Assembly: GCA_021613535.1 (NCBI GenBank)
Contig: CP075495.1
Location: 6,076,001-6,140,000, forward strand
Direction: 5' to 3'
Origin: Adineta vaga
Lineage: Eukaryota; Animalia; Rotifera
Length of the DNA: 64,000 nt
Of the stretch, positions 40,901-58,704 are shown in pieces; position 1 is the stretch's first letter, and each line of letters starts with the position of its first letter. The position numbers and the translations under genes are program-made. The notes under the pieces were generated by a model. That model made no database searches. It was not told where the DNA came from and worked only from the letters and a program-made list of their open reading frames with translations.

Positions 40901-41325
40901 TCTTTTCCAAGAAGACCCAATGGATTAGCACGATATAATTCTTTCTGTGTTAAATCTTTTATTGATTGAAGAAATTGAAAACCTATGGATCCTGTTGTTG
41001 ATTCAACATCGGATGTATTGGTTGAGGTTGTTTTCGAACGTGAACGATTCGATTCAGTTGTGATTACATGTGATGAATTTGGTTGTCGTACACCCGAAGA
41101 AACAGTTGCTGATTCACGTCGAGACGTTATTGATAATCGTTTTTCTATGATATAAACATAGTTTATCAATCATTTAGAACTCATTTCAAATGTTAACATA
41201 CCTGGATTTGATTCTGCTCGTTCATATCGTTGTTGATCAAGATCTTGTTTTTTCTCACGTTCATCAACTGTTAACGATCGACCAGTAATCCATGGTCGTT
41301 CATCCGATGATTTTGGATCGGACAT
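37969..41325 (-). CDS. XKR: XK-related (Xkr/CED-8 family) phospholipid scramblase-like membrane protein
   Basis: FFFDMVTDLVLAQAYY, FSLVWY, DADIALLRVFDCFMDSGSQVTLQLY, ISNTPRVLALAMFA, IYTIFYIEN, FYYRFLHPS. Confidence 0.85.
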
Positions 41326-42628
41326 CTATTGAATAAAGACAATAACTAAAAAACATACGTATGGTTTTTTTTTCTCTTTCTTGACATACTTTTCTTTGAT
41401 ATCATTTATAAACGAATTAAAAAAAATGAAAGACCTCCAGTTGAATGATAATAGAGATAATAATCAGTGATCTTAACTTAACATTTTATTTAATATAAGC
41501 ATTCGTAACTATAATTAAATTCATCGATTTATCTAAAAAAAAGATAATTAATTAAAACAATAATGTGTAATCCTTCCAATAAGATCATGTCACTAAGTAC
41601 ATTGAGTAATGCTAAGAGTATGTGAAAGGATTAATAAAAACCGCTTTAACTTTCCATGTCTTCTCGCCCTTCTTTTCTTCTACTTAATGAACAATTCATC
41701 GCCTGCCATTCTCAACCAATACAGATACAGTGACACGAGGGATTTTGTTAATCTATAAATTAGTCATGCACACATTAGTGAAAAAGAAAAACTTACGATC
41801 AACAAAACAAAGTTATCTAATTTTTATCTTTTAAACATGATGAATAAAATATTTCAGTTAGTTCTAAAGAAAAGTTCACTGATACAACGCTCTGGACGAA
41901 TAATTCATAATAAGAATCACTTCGTAAACTTTTCAGTCACTGTTGAGTATACAATTACGATCATATTGAAACGAATAGTATTAACGACAATAATATTTTC
42001 TTCAATATCTTAAAATTCATTATAAGAATTCTGAAAATATCAAATTGTTAAGAATAGACATGACATACATCAACGAAACGGACGTTCTCGTTCGAAGAAC
42101 GTAACGGAACGTTAACGTACGTTATGTTCGATTCATTTTAACTTATTTGTCAATTCAAATTAACCAATAAGATTTTAGATCGATTTGTCGCTCTTCTACA
42201 ATTGATTTCTTCCTATATCTATTAAATAAAAACACTAGTTTGCACCCTATATAATAGTCTATTCGTATGTCTGGCAAGAAACAAAACAACAATATGTTCT
42301 TCTTCGCTACACTTCAATTGACGTAAATGCTTAGCCTATTCTTTTTCTATCACGATCTATCCAAGCATAGTTCCATTGTAGATGCATGAAATATAATCCA
42401 TATCGATAAGAAAAAGAAAAGAGAAAAAGAAATAAAGACAATGGTTACGATAGACATATTATTAAAAAAAAGAATGATCAAATACAAAAAAAAAGAAAAG
42501 AAGAGAAAAAGAGCAGAATATCTTTCAACAAGTCATATTATATCAATATCCTTTCTTAGTTTTGTCGTTATCGAGATGTAACCAAAGGCAACGTTACTAG
42601 ACGAAGTGTTGTTACTTCATGTTTTCTT

Positions 42629-44123
42629 TCAATTGGTGTACGACGTGAAAGAGGTCGAGGCCATTTTTCAAACTAGTGTAAGAAAATGAATGTATATGCA
42701 ATATGAAAATAGGTTCATTTGACTTACACTTCCTTTTAAACCTAATCGATCAGCAGCATATCCAAAATGCATTGAGCTTGCTGTCTTAGAAAAACCGAAA
42801 ACAGATTTCAATGGTGAATCAACTGTGGATTTTGTTGCATTTGTTGTGCCATCATTATTATTATTATTATTATTTACAAATGTTCTTAAGCGTCGTTGTG
42901 GTTTGAATATTCGTCGAGTTTTATCTGTCGAATTATTATCTACATCGATTGAAGAATTACAATTTTTCTGCAGATTTAAATAGCGATTTGCAATATGTGA
43001 TAATAAACGAACACTTAGTGCAGTCCCTGATCTTGACAATGGCTGAGTACATGCAGATAGTTGTCGTTTTGCTGGTGATGTCGATCTTTGATCTAAGTCT
43101 TTAATATCAATTTCATCGGAAGGATCGACAGCTGAAAGATATTCTCGTGCATAATCATCATAATTTAGAATTTTCGCAGATGTTAGAATATTTGTTGATT
43201 CTTTTTTGTTCTCGTTCGAAATTCGAACTTGAGGTGTTAATGATATTATTTTCAGAGAATTAGGCGCAATAGCATTTGGTGAATTCATTGATAATTCTTG
43301 TGTTGGTGTCGTAGGTGATGGTGGAGGAGTTCGAGGAATAATGACTTGTGGTTCTGTAGAATATGGATCATGAATAGATAAAGCACGAATTTGTAATTGT
43401 GGAAGTGATGTCATTGGTTTTGATGGACGTTTTGATGGCGATGAAGTTTTCATAGGAGTATGAACGGATCGATGAAATGATTGTTCTGTTGGTAAAATAT
43501 TTGATGATGATGTCGATGATGATATTCGTGGTAATGCTTTCGAAGTTATTCGTATTGTTCTTTTTCCTTGTGTCTGATTTTCTGATTCATTGACTAAATT
43601 CTTATCTTGATGTGTTTCAACTACAATTCTTTGACGATATTTTCTGTATGGTGTGGGTATTCGTCGAGATAAATCTCTATCGTGACAATATGGCGCAGGA
43701 TGTTGATTGATCATATCATTCTCTAACGGTTTTTCATCAAATAAATCTGTACAAAATATATGAAATGATCGATGACATTGACATTTTGGTGATGAAACAG
43801 TATGCGATCGTACACGTATTCGATTTAGAGAAGAAATATTCTTATGTTTTTGTAATAAACTTACACCTTTCAATCGAATGAATATATAAATATATGAGAA
43901 GAATAAACAACAGAATCAAACACTTACTAAGAGCAATTGATTGCTCTCGATCGTTGACATTCTCCATATCATTAGCATGAGAATATGTGTCAGTATTCCA
44001 ATAATTTAATTCATCTAATTTCATTTTATTACTAAAATGACATTCATCAATCGGATGAACTCGATTAACAATCTGTTGACTTACTGTTTCATGATGATTT
44101 CTTTTTTCTTTAGAATTTATCAC
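42629..44123 (-). CDS. Hypothetical Ser/Pro/Thr-rich, probably disordered protein; 5' end uncertain
   Basis: 401-codon ORF at 42668-43873, a short terminal exon (FEKMASTSFTSYTN*) and an upstream exon near 43950-44110. No domain recognised. Confidence 0.6.
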
Positions 44124-44736
44124 TTCAAAGTATCGAAAAAACGAAAGCAGAACAACAACAACAACTGAAAGAGAGAAAAATAGAACTTTATAACAGTCTT
44201 ATCATATAAAAATTTACAATATTTATTGTTCTCTTCCAATTTATTTCTTTGAAAACGAAAGACGAAATAGACAACACATGTAATGCCATTCTCATTTGAA
44301 TAGAGTATCAATATATATTAAATTTCATTTGATAGTTTTGATTTCTTTTCGCTCTTTCTTTTACAATTCAACAGATGAAAATCCATACAAAATTGTTCTC
44401 GTTAATAAAATAATCATTCACGTCATATGTAGATTTCAAAAGCGAAAAAATTTACATATTTGTTTTTCGTTTTCATCCTTTTTTTATTTCCTACTTTATA
44501 TCAAATAAATATATATATGTAGATACTTAAGTGGAAGGTATACAACGGCATATGACAAGAGTAAGCTGCATAAAAATGAATTGATTTTTTTTTTGTTTAA
44601 TGCTTTATATTAATACTACTTTTGTTTTGTTACTGTTCGGAGTTGGTCTAATGAAAATAAAACACGCATACACACACAGAAAAGTGGAGAGAAAGAGTGT
44701 TTGATACTACATATCAATTTTTAGGAGTATAATGTT

Positions 44737-46327
<1,591 letters not shown>

Positions 46328-47231
46328 GATAATAAATTGATCGGTTTTCTTATATTCAGATCTAGAATTGATAAACAACGATTATCTAACGTCGATGGAA
46401 TGATTAAAAAAAACTTGTTTACTCTAAAAACTATGTGATGTTAAGCGTTCCATACTATTCTTGGTTTTTTTCCCCATAGCAGGTATAAGTAGCACTATTT
46501 TCTATACGTTATCGATTAACCAATGAGTTATTGTCGCTAGTTGTCAGTTAATCGAAATCTTTCTACTTGATAGAAAAGAAAGTGAGGTTGCAGAAGTATA
46601 TAAATTCAACAATAATTTTATATCATACTAAGACATATAAATATTAGGTCGAATCTATAAATATAGATAGTAACATACATGCTGCTATAAAATATTCTTC
46701 TCTTTTAAATTATTCTATAAAAACTGAACTGAATTTTTGCATATCCAAAAATAATAAAGACAGTTCGAAATCTAAATTATTATGGAAAAGTATATTCTAT
46801 AACATGAATATGAAATTTATGAATATATTAGAGCAATCATCTGATAATCGAATAGAACTTTGAATATTAAATAGACTTTCAACATATGAAACGTGTCAGA
46901 ATGCCAAAGTTCTTGAAATTGCTTTATGCACTTGGTCAACAGTCCTCTGTTTCTAATCTAAATCTCTGCAAAAACTCATTTTTAATAGAGTAACGATATC
47001 TTATGTATATGGTTGCGATCAATCTTGCTTTCGTTTCTACTCGTTGCGACGAACATTATTGATAACTACAATTGGAAGAATGAAATCAACCAATCGAATA
47101 TCTTGTTTACAAATTGTTATAAGAATATAACCGAAATGATTTTTGAGATCTAATATAATCTTTTATCATATGTATATATATATATATATATATAAATCAA
47201 TTTCTATTTGATAAATGTTTTAGAAGAATAT

Positions 47232-47672
47232 ATGGCAGCACCAGTAAGTGCTTACGCACAGCGTATGGTTCGTTTGAGTCAACGAATCTTTACAGAATAT
47301 CCCAAAATCACCTTTTCAAAGAAACAACATCAAGAACAACATGAAAAATTTCTTCGTTTTCTTGACGATCGTCCGCATACATCCGGTACACTTGTTTCAA
47401 TGAATTATTATCCTCGATATGGTGAAATGTATCGATTAATGGAAGGTTTACGTGAACATGGTCTTTTCAGGTAGAACTTACTTTTCATCAAAGTAGGCAG
47501 GAAGAAATATGTTTTTTGTCATTCTAGAAATGAACATCGAGATTTTCAAGAGGAAGTCGCTCGTCTACGTGTTCTTCGTGGTAAACAACGCAAAAATATA
47601 CGTCTTTTATTTCCAAAACGAATGCCCGAACTTGCTGCCTGTTGTAAACCATCATCTTCATCGAAAAAATGA
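47232..47672 (+). CDS. MRPS33: Mitochondrial ribosomal protein mS33 (2 exons)
   Basis: AYAQRMVRLSQRIF...YYPR...LREHGLFR|NEHRDFQEEVARLRVLRGK. Confidence 0.88.
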
Positions 47673-47957
47673 CCATTTTTCTTCTTTTGTTTTTTTCTGT
47701 CTTTTCTATGCAACAAGTAAAATTAGGATATTATCAAAATATCATATTATATTCATGTTTTATTCTCAACTTATGACAGATCGTTCTAGAGTTCTGTTTC
47801 TTCTCATATACTATGAATATCGATACAGATTTCGAAAAACAATAGTATGGATAGACTGATGAGATGATTTTTAAAATCGTATGATTTCATTTTTATTCAA
47901 GATAAATTTATTCGGAAATAATTTTATCTTCATTACAAACTTTCACTTGCATTATAG

Positions 47958-49761
47958 ATGGAATTACGACATTGTGGTCGTCTTGCGGTTTCACTTGTTC
48001 GTCTATCTAGACAAGTACACATCTTTCTTTACATGTATTTTATCATTAATAAGGCGAATTGTTTCTCTCTCTATATAGCCAAAAGTATGTTATCCTATTC
48101 GAAACTTTTCTTCTTCATCACGATTATTTCCAACCAACTCATCACAACTTGTTTTCAAACGTTCACTATCATGGCAATTTTGGAATACGTCAACTACCCC
48201 ATTGCCAACAACAACGGGAACTATTGATCCATGGCCTGCTAATACTAGTCATCCTGTCTCTGAATCAATTACCAGCGCATCACCATCAACATCTATAGCA
48301 GCCGTATCTGATGTACCAAAAATTGAAGCCGATGAATTTGGTTACATACCTGAACCACCCGTCATCCCATCAGATGTACCTATGGAATTCTTTTTAAATG
48401 CTGCTGGTGAACCAGCACTATCAACTCTAGGTCTTGGTAAATGGTATTTACCAACGGGTTGGGTACAACAAGGTCTCGATTTAATTCATGCGAATCTTGG
48501 CCTACCATGGTGGGCAGCCATCATGCTTGGTAAGTTAATAAACTAATAAGAAATCAATTCGATTTCAATCCATTGAATTAAATTCAGGTACATTAATTCT
48601 TCGTACGGCAACTGTACCAATTGCTATTTATAATCAAAGAAGTGCTGGACAAATGCAGCTACATATGCCAAAATTACAAGAATTACAAGCAAAATTGCAA
48701 GAAGCTCGTATTCGAAATGATCAATTAGCTAGTATGTTAATATATGAATGATTTAATTTGAGAAAAGATTTGTAATTATTTCTTGATTATAGTAATGAGA
48801 GCAGGTGGTGAGTTAATGGAATTTATGAAGCATTCAGATGTTAAACCATGGAAAGCCATGCTTGGGCCATTTATGCAGGTAAATGAATAACTTTTGTTCT
48901 TTTACGTCGAACTTCTTTCCAATAAAAATTGTTTAGATGCCTTTTTTCATCTCATTCTTTCTTGGTATTCGTGGTTTAGCTAATTATCCTCTTGAGAGTA
49001 TGATGTATGGAGGAGTTTTATGGTTTCCTGATTTAACTGTTGCTGATCCTTACTATTTTCTTCCAGTTTTTACCGCTGTTACAATGTTTGTTACAATGGA
49101 AGTATGTATTTCATATTTCAATCGAAAAGATTTATTTAGTTTTCCATTTATCTAGCTCGGTATTGAAACAGGTATGCGTACAGCCAATCTAGGACCTATT
49201 GGTCGAAATGCTTTACGTGTTATTCCATTTCTATCATTGTTCTTTACTATAAATTTTTCTTCGGTAAAACATCGATTTTTATTCTCTTTTATTCATCACA
49301 ATTCCAACTTTCATAGGCATTAACATTATACTGGGCAACTTCGAATGTGATATCATTGGGTCAATCTGTTATTTTACGTCAACCATCGGTTCGACGTGCA
49401 TTAAGTTTGCCAGCACCACCACCGAAAAGAACCGAACCAAAACTTAAAAAGAAAAAAGGCATTGCTGGTTTTCGAGAAAGTATGAAAAATTTCTAAAAGA
49501 AAATCCAGTAATTAATAATCATATTGATTCCGTTTAGATTTTCGTAATAGCAAATTATTAGCTGAAGTTGAAAAACGAAAACAAACAGGAGGTTTAATAA
49601 ATCTTTTGAAAAGAAAACAAAATTTGATTGAAAATTTATCTTTTTCTTTAGATGATATTTTTCGTCGTGCTGGTATCAGTTCTGCTGTTCCAACATATAA
49701 ATATGATCCCACGAAAGTGAAAGAGAATAATCCGCCACAAATACGCAAAACATCTGGATAA
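47958..49761 (+). CDS. OXA1L: Mitochondrial inner membrane insertase Oxa1/YidC
   Basis: PTGWVQQGLDLIHANLGLPWWAAI, QMPFFISFFLGIRGLA, GGVLWFPDLTVADPYYFLP, LYWATSN. Confidence 0.93.
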
Positions 49762-49971
49762 TTCTTTTTTTTTTGAACAAATTAGTTATTTTTCTTGTTG
49801 TTAATTGTTTTTCATTACATATTAACAAGTTGAATACTATTTAGGAAAGAAGAAGAAAATTTTCAATGTTGCCAAAATAAAGATCAGATTTATATATGTA
49901 TATACAGATAGAGAAAGAGATAACAAAATTAGAACGACAAAAAAAACAAAATCAATTGAGTTTTTCTAAGA

Positions 49972-52010
49972 TTAATTAAGATGATTCAATAAATAAATAG
50001 GTAACACAGGCATGAAAGATGAGTTAGAATTGATATCTGTTTCTGATTGATCTTCATCTTCATCATCAGATGAAAGAATAATATAGTCTATATACATATA
50101 TATCTATACAATAATATATCACAAATAAATGATTGAGACTTACCCGGTTCATTGTATTTATCTTTTTCTTCAATGACAATCGATAATGATTCTAAAATAG
50201 TTTCATCGTGAAAAAATTATCTTAGAATTCTTAACTTACTGGCAGAAATAATTTTTATATTTGGTTTAATATCAATGATCTGTTCATTACTAATCTGTTG
50301 AATACTATTATTGAAAAATAAATCACCAATTTGTTCGGATTCTTCTATATCATATGATGAATAGTGTAAAAGATTGAGACCTTCAAATTCATTATCATAC
50401 ATGATATCACAATAATTATGATCGAATTTATCCATTTGATTTATAGGTATTCTTTCTTGTTTCACTTCAGATTTTTTTGTTGATTCTTTGAGTATAACAG
50501 TTCGTTGTTGTGTTTCATTAATGCTTGTTTTTATAATTACTTTTCGATCATTGAATACATTTTCTTTTTCATCATCATCACGATTTCGTTTCCGTTTACA
50601 TTTCAATAAGCTATTATTATCAGATGTTTCATCATCAACATTGGGAATTTCTTGATCAAGATAATTCGTTTTCGAATAATGATTATGATTTTTCATACGC
50701 TGTTTAAATGTATTGATTTTAGTTCCTAATTCTGCACGTAATAAAGGACATTTAAATAGTTGTTCACCATGATAATAAGCTTTAATATGATTTAATAAGA
50801 TTTCATTCATTAAACGAGTACCAATCGCACACCTTGAAGATTTGACTTTTTCTTTTAGAAATATGTCAAGATACAAATCATGAAACTTACCAATGAATAC
50901 CATCTGGTCGACGAAGATGTAACATAGTTGAGAAGATTGAATGAAGATCAATATAGAGAACATCATGTATATGGCACATCTAAAAAAGCATATGTAACTA
51001 AAGTGGGAAAAGAGATGAGTTGATATATACATGAGAACAATAATAGTTTCCATCTCGAATAAGACCTAAAAGGTGTAAAATATACTTCAATTAATTTTAG
51101 AACTCAAAGGATAAGGTAAATGACAGATTGAGTCTATCTTACCTGGTAGAATAGGTCGTATGTATTCAGCACTGGATACAATAACACCTCCTTAAATTGT
51201 AAAAAATATATGAGTTTGCAATCATACGAAAATGCATTCTTCGAACCTTTTGATGAATTCGATACAGGTAATGCTGAAAGCCATAAAAAGAATGTATTAG
51301 GTAGCATTTGTCGAAAAGAACCCATAATCGAATCGAGATTTCGTTGATATGATCTCATTGCATAAATTCCATACCTAGAAGACGATGAAATCAACTCTTC
51401 AACAGATTTGAAACAATCTTATATATTCTTACCGTGATATATCCCATACACAACTATTCATAATAATAATATCGGGTTTAATCGCTTGATTTTTAATATC
51501 TTTAAATATAACATCTTTAATATATGTTGAATAACATCGTGTTAAGAAATAAAATCGAATGCGAAGACGACCACCTGAAGTATATTCGCGAACCTACAAA
51601 GATTATCAATGTATTCGTATGATATTAAGATAATCAATTTACTTCTTCATAATCAATGCCATTAGTCAGACCTTTTTGAATACCACCACTAATCAATCGA
51701 TCACCGGAAAATCGATTTTCACCCTTTGAAAAAGAAGATATTTTTTTTCTTTTTCTTTTCATTTGAATAATGAATCCTTTTTTACCTTAAGTCGAAGTTC
51801 ATCTTCACTAATCAGATCATCTGAATTATAAAATCTTATTAAATCTTTATATAAACCTCTTACAACTAAAAGTACATAACAATAATTGTTGATATATGTA
51901 TAAAATAAACAGAAAATTTTCTTACCCGAATCACCGAGAACAAGTATATATTTCTCACAAAGTAATTCTTTCACATCTTTTGAAGTAAGATTATCCACTG
52001 TGGACGTCAT
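49972..52010 (-). CDS. PCED1: PC-esterase domain-containing protein (FAM113/PCED1 family)
   Basis: ELLCEKYILVLGDS|VVRGLYKDL, EEVREY...IRFYFLTR, PDIIIMNSCVWDISRYG, DGIHW. Confidence 0.82.
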
Positions 52011-52290
52011 TGCATGATCTAAAACAAATAAACCTTATCTTTATCATATGTTCTTATTAAGATCTCTAGAATAGGTAGAATTTTTTGTTTGCTGAAAAAT
52101 GATATTAACAGAAGATTCGCGCTCAGTTATTTAAAGAAATTTTTCTCCGTCAATTACTTTCTCATTAATATACTGTCGTAACGCTCGGAATCATGTGTAT
52201 ATGTAAATATCTATTCGAAATTCATAAATAGGAAATGAATAAAACCAAAAACAAATAAAGAAAAAATCTGTTTATTTTCAAAGCATAGAA

Positions 52291-52986
52291 TTAGACAAGA
52301 TGAATTTGTTTTTCATTTAAAAGTTTATGTATATGTCTAAATTGCATAATATATTGATCATCTGTTTTCAAATCGATAATATCATTCGATGTACCATTAT
52401 GATTTTGTTCATGCGATAGAATAAGTCCATTCACTGATTGGTCAACTTGAAAGAAGACAAATTCATTCAAATTTGATTTAGGTAAAAGTTGTGTTAATCC
52501 ATTATCATCATTTTGTTGCTGTTGTTGTTGTTCAGATTTTAATTCAGTTAGAACACTTCGTTTTAAATGTTGTTTCATATTATTTAAATATGTATGTGCA
52601 TAGACACATTCTTCTGGTGATAAAAATTCTTCTGAATTTAAAGCTCCTGCTGGATATTCTTCAATTTTGAAACAACGCGTTCGAATATATGAACATAGAA
52701 TAAAATACAAACGATTATATTCTGTTCGATGCATTAACCAACGAAATGATGTTGTCTTATGTTCACTTGCTTTCAAACGTTTTTCAATATCATCAAGTAA
52801 TTCAAATGTTGCAAGAACAAGAAGATTTTCATGTTTCAATAAAACAGGAGAATATTTTTCATTTAACCAAGCTTGTTGTAAACGTTGAAAAAGTTCTTGA
52901 GATGTCATTATATCATCATCTTCTTCTTCTTCTTCTCCATTAAAATCATTTTGTGATGATAAAGGATAGGAATTATTTTCATCCAT
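52291..52986 (-). CDS. GINS4: GINS complex subunit Sld5 (single coding exon)
   Basis: LQQAWLNEKYSPVLL, EYNRLYFILCSYIRTRCFKIE, LSPEE, C-terminal QYIMQFRHI...IHLV. Confidence 0.92.
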   Translation of the reverse strand: MDENNSYPLSSQNDFNGEEEEEDDDIMTSQELFQRLQQAWLNEKYSPVLLKHENLLVLATFELLDDIEKRLKASEHKTTSFRWLMHRTEYNRLYFILCSYIRTRCFKIEEYPAGALNSEEFLSPEECVYAHTYLNNMKQHLKRSVLTELKSEQQQQQQNDDNGLTQLLPKSNLNEFVFFQVDQSVNGLILSHEQNHNGTSNDIIDLKTDDQYIMQFRHIHKLLNEKQIHLV

Positions 52987-54355
52987 TTGAAATTTGTATT
53001 CAATTATTGAATAAATAGAACAGAATAGTTAGCCTAGTTCGATATGATTTGTATAGTATAGAGAAATATTCGCATATACAAAGAACGCCAATCGTTTGAA
53101 TGAATTCTATTTCAAAAGTTTTTAGACTCGATAACTAGCGCCATCCAAATTAAAGAGTTTCGAAAGTTCTGAAGGAAGTATTTTTCATTCTGTCCAATCG
53201 AAATTTAGTGAGTGGTGAGGAAGAATAGTTCAATGCCTAATTGTTCATACTGATTGGTTAACGTCAAATGTCCTTTGTTTTTTCTCGTACAGTATGAATG
53301 TATATGTATGTAAGTAAAGTAAAGTAAAGTAAAGTAAGTCGATGTCTATGTTGGTTCCTTGAGAGAATCTCGAGATGATTCGTATTTAACAATGAATTGT
53401 TTTTCTTTGTACATCTGTTCAAGTAAGAAAGAACGAAAAAATTTCAGGTATTTTCGAAGGTCTTTCTATTCAGATATACTTTTTTCGTATAAGAAGATAA
53501 TATTTAAGTGTGTGTAATTGTCTTTTTTCTATTGATATGAAAGAAAAATTTCTCTTACACGAGTTGAAACCTTAGGCACAACGGATTGAATTAAGAATCG
53601 TAGGAAAAAAGGTCTTCTATTATTTTCTTTTTTTGACTGAGGACATTATTTTCGTACCGATTGCAATGCTTATTTGAGCTATAAAGAGAAATTTACATTA
53701 AAAGAAATTGAAGGATATAACATGTATGAAATGAGTTTTCTCAGTTAGATTGGATCATCGTTTGACATCGACTATTGACAAAATTAAACTCATGTTTCGT
53801 CGTATTCGTTCGTTTACCGTTGTGTCTCCGCCCATACTTATATATATTTCGCGTTTAACAATCGTGTTTATTTAGAGCTTAAAGATACTTTTCTTTTTCT
53901 TTCTCTTCTTATGTTATATTATACAATGTGCCATCATTACACATCTTTCTTTCTGGTCTATTCTAGATTGTGCGTGTGTATATGTACAGAAATGAAAAGT
54001 TCAAATTTTTTATGAACAACGAAACAATATAAGTATTTGTATTGTTATCAAGTAAGTATTGTTATAAAATAAAAGTCAATGATGATAAAGCAGGGGTCTT
54101 GAAAACATCTGAGAATGTTGGATGTACACGAAAAATCAATGATCATAAAAACATTCATTTGATTTGATTTCGGTTAGCTTAAGAATGATATGAAAATGTT
54201 TCGTTTTCGAATGATTATTGTATTCTTCGTGGGATAACTATTGGCCAAATTACCTGAGACTTTTATTTAATATGAAAACAAAAAGAAAACTTAATGATGA
54301 TATCAAATCAATATGTTATTTATTTAGATGATTAATACTTTCGTGTGTGAAGACA

Positions 54356-56903
<2,548 letters not shown>

Positions 56904-57700
56904 AATTTCTTTATTTCTTTTACGAACTTTTCTTTCAACCCGGTGTGATAAACTTTTCTTTTCGTTCCTTTCTTTTTCTTTTTTAAATTATCTATGCCGT
57001 CCAGTGGAAACAAAGATTGCTATCGGCATATATGATTTCAGAGCTATGATTCGTACTTCTTTGAACTTGAATTCTTTTCTTTTCTCAAATATCTTGTAAC
57101 TCAGAGATAAAAATAATCCAACATCGTGTAAAATGTTGACTCATGTTTTCTTTTTCTTTTTCAATATGTATAAAAATTGCCTTTTGCTCGCATTCCTCAT
57201 ATGTATGTGTAACTGAGTGTATACGTGTAATCTATCTATTTACGTGTTATAGAAAAAAACGAAAAAAAAATATCTGATTTCTTTTTTTTTTCTTTTTCTT
57301 TTCGATATATAGTATAGAAGGAAAAGAAGAATGTGGATAAGGACGTCATTCAAAAGGATTAACGGCTTCGAGTTTTGCATCATGAATCAAAGGTCTCTGG
57401 AATTATGAAAGAAACAAACGGGAGAGAAAAAAAACAAGATCACATGATTGTGCTAAGTGCAGCTGAATGAAGGCTGCTAGATGAAGAAGGAAAAAGAGAG
57501 AACGAGAGAGAATGAAAGAAAAAGGGTTCGAACCCTATGCGCGAAAAAAAAACGAGAGAAATATAGAATGCATCATAATACATGAGAAAAAAAGAAGCGG
57601 AGGTGGCCCTTCTGTTCTATTCTCATTCTTTTTTATTCTTTCTTTCTGCCTAATAGTTTCTTATTCGGAATTTTCTCTTTTCTTTCCTTCTTTCTAGAAG

Positions 57701-57710
57701 ATATAAAAGG
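57701..57710 (+). promoter_or_regulatory. Putative TATA box of the antizyme gene
   Basis: ATATAAAAGG about 160 nt upstream of the ATG and about 30-40 nt upstream of CCAGT/TCAGT initiator-like motifs. Confidence 0.45.
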
Positions 57711-57862
57711 CTCTGCATAGACATTAACCCCAGTGCGTAATCAGTCGCTTGTACGGTGTTGTGTTGTTATTGTCGTAGCGGTGTATATGTTAAAACTTAT
57801 TTAACCATTACCCAAACAAAATCATTTTCTTCGATTATTACATTTAATTTGCAATTTTAATC

Positions 57863-58704
57863 ATGCCTTGTCTTGAAGTTCAATCAAATAGTGAAGTGTA
57901 AGTTTTAAGTTCTTATATATTATAGGAAAAAAATATATGATTGTTGTTGTTTTTTTTTAAAGTATGAGTCGTTTCTGTCATCGGAACGCGGCAGAAGCAA
58001 CGTGGTATTCCTGATGTCCCCAACGGTAAGATAATAGAAATAAAGTTTTTCTTGTCAATAAAATTAGTTTTTATTTTCTAGCTGCTGCAGTCTTAACATC
58101 GAAAGTAAGCGCAGAGGGCGGCAGCGTTGGACGACGAGTATTAGCCTCGCGCCACAATGAAACATCCATCAAATCTTTAGAAATTCCTCAAGTAGGTTTT
58201 TCCTGAAATAATCTTCTTGTATTTGCATAAATAAAACTTCTAATATTTTCATTATTTAGAAATTTGCTAATGATAACAATAAATTTATTGATGGTGAAAA
58301 TTACAAGAAGAGAAACAATGAACTCGATGAATTTACTGATGAAAATGATCTTTTATGGTCAATTAAATTACGTGGTCATTCTCTTTATGTTGAACTTCCT
58401 CAACAATTGAATGAAGAATCAAAAGAAAAGTAATACAAAAAAAAACAGAAAGTTTCCTCATTTATATTTTTCTTCGTTTTCATAAAATAGATTCATCAAT
58501 TTACTCGAATTTGCTGATGACACATTACACTGCAAACATGTCATTGTCTATTTTGATAAGACACGTTCAGATCGTGCATCATTGGTAAAAACATTCATGT
58601 TTCTTGGTTTTCATGTTCTATCACCTGACAATACATTAATTGAACCTTGTGAACAACAAGGTGAACAATTATATATGGTTTATATTGTCAATAGTGATGG
58701 TTAA
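57863..58704 (+). CDS. OAZ: Ornithine decarboxylase antizyme (ORF1 + ORF2 joined by a +1 frameshift), multi-exon; absent from the ORF track
   Basis: ORF1 MPCLEVQSNSEV|MSRFCHRNAAEATWYS-TGA; ORF2 contains ESKE.FINLLEFADDTLHCKHVIVYFDKTRSDRASLVKTFMFLGF. Confidence 0.95.
58003..58152 (+). other. Programmed +1 ribosomal frameshift site (TCC TGA T at 58009-58015) with predicted 3' stimulatory pseudoknot
   Basis: TGG TAT TCC TGA TGT matches the antizyme shift-site consensus; complementary stems are visible downstream (see findings). Confidence 0.9.
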
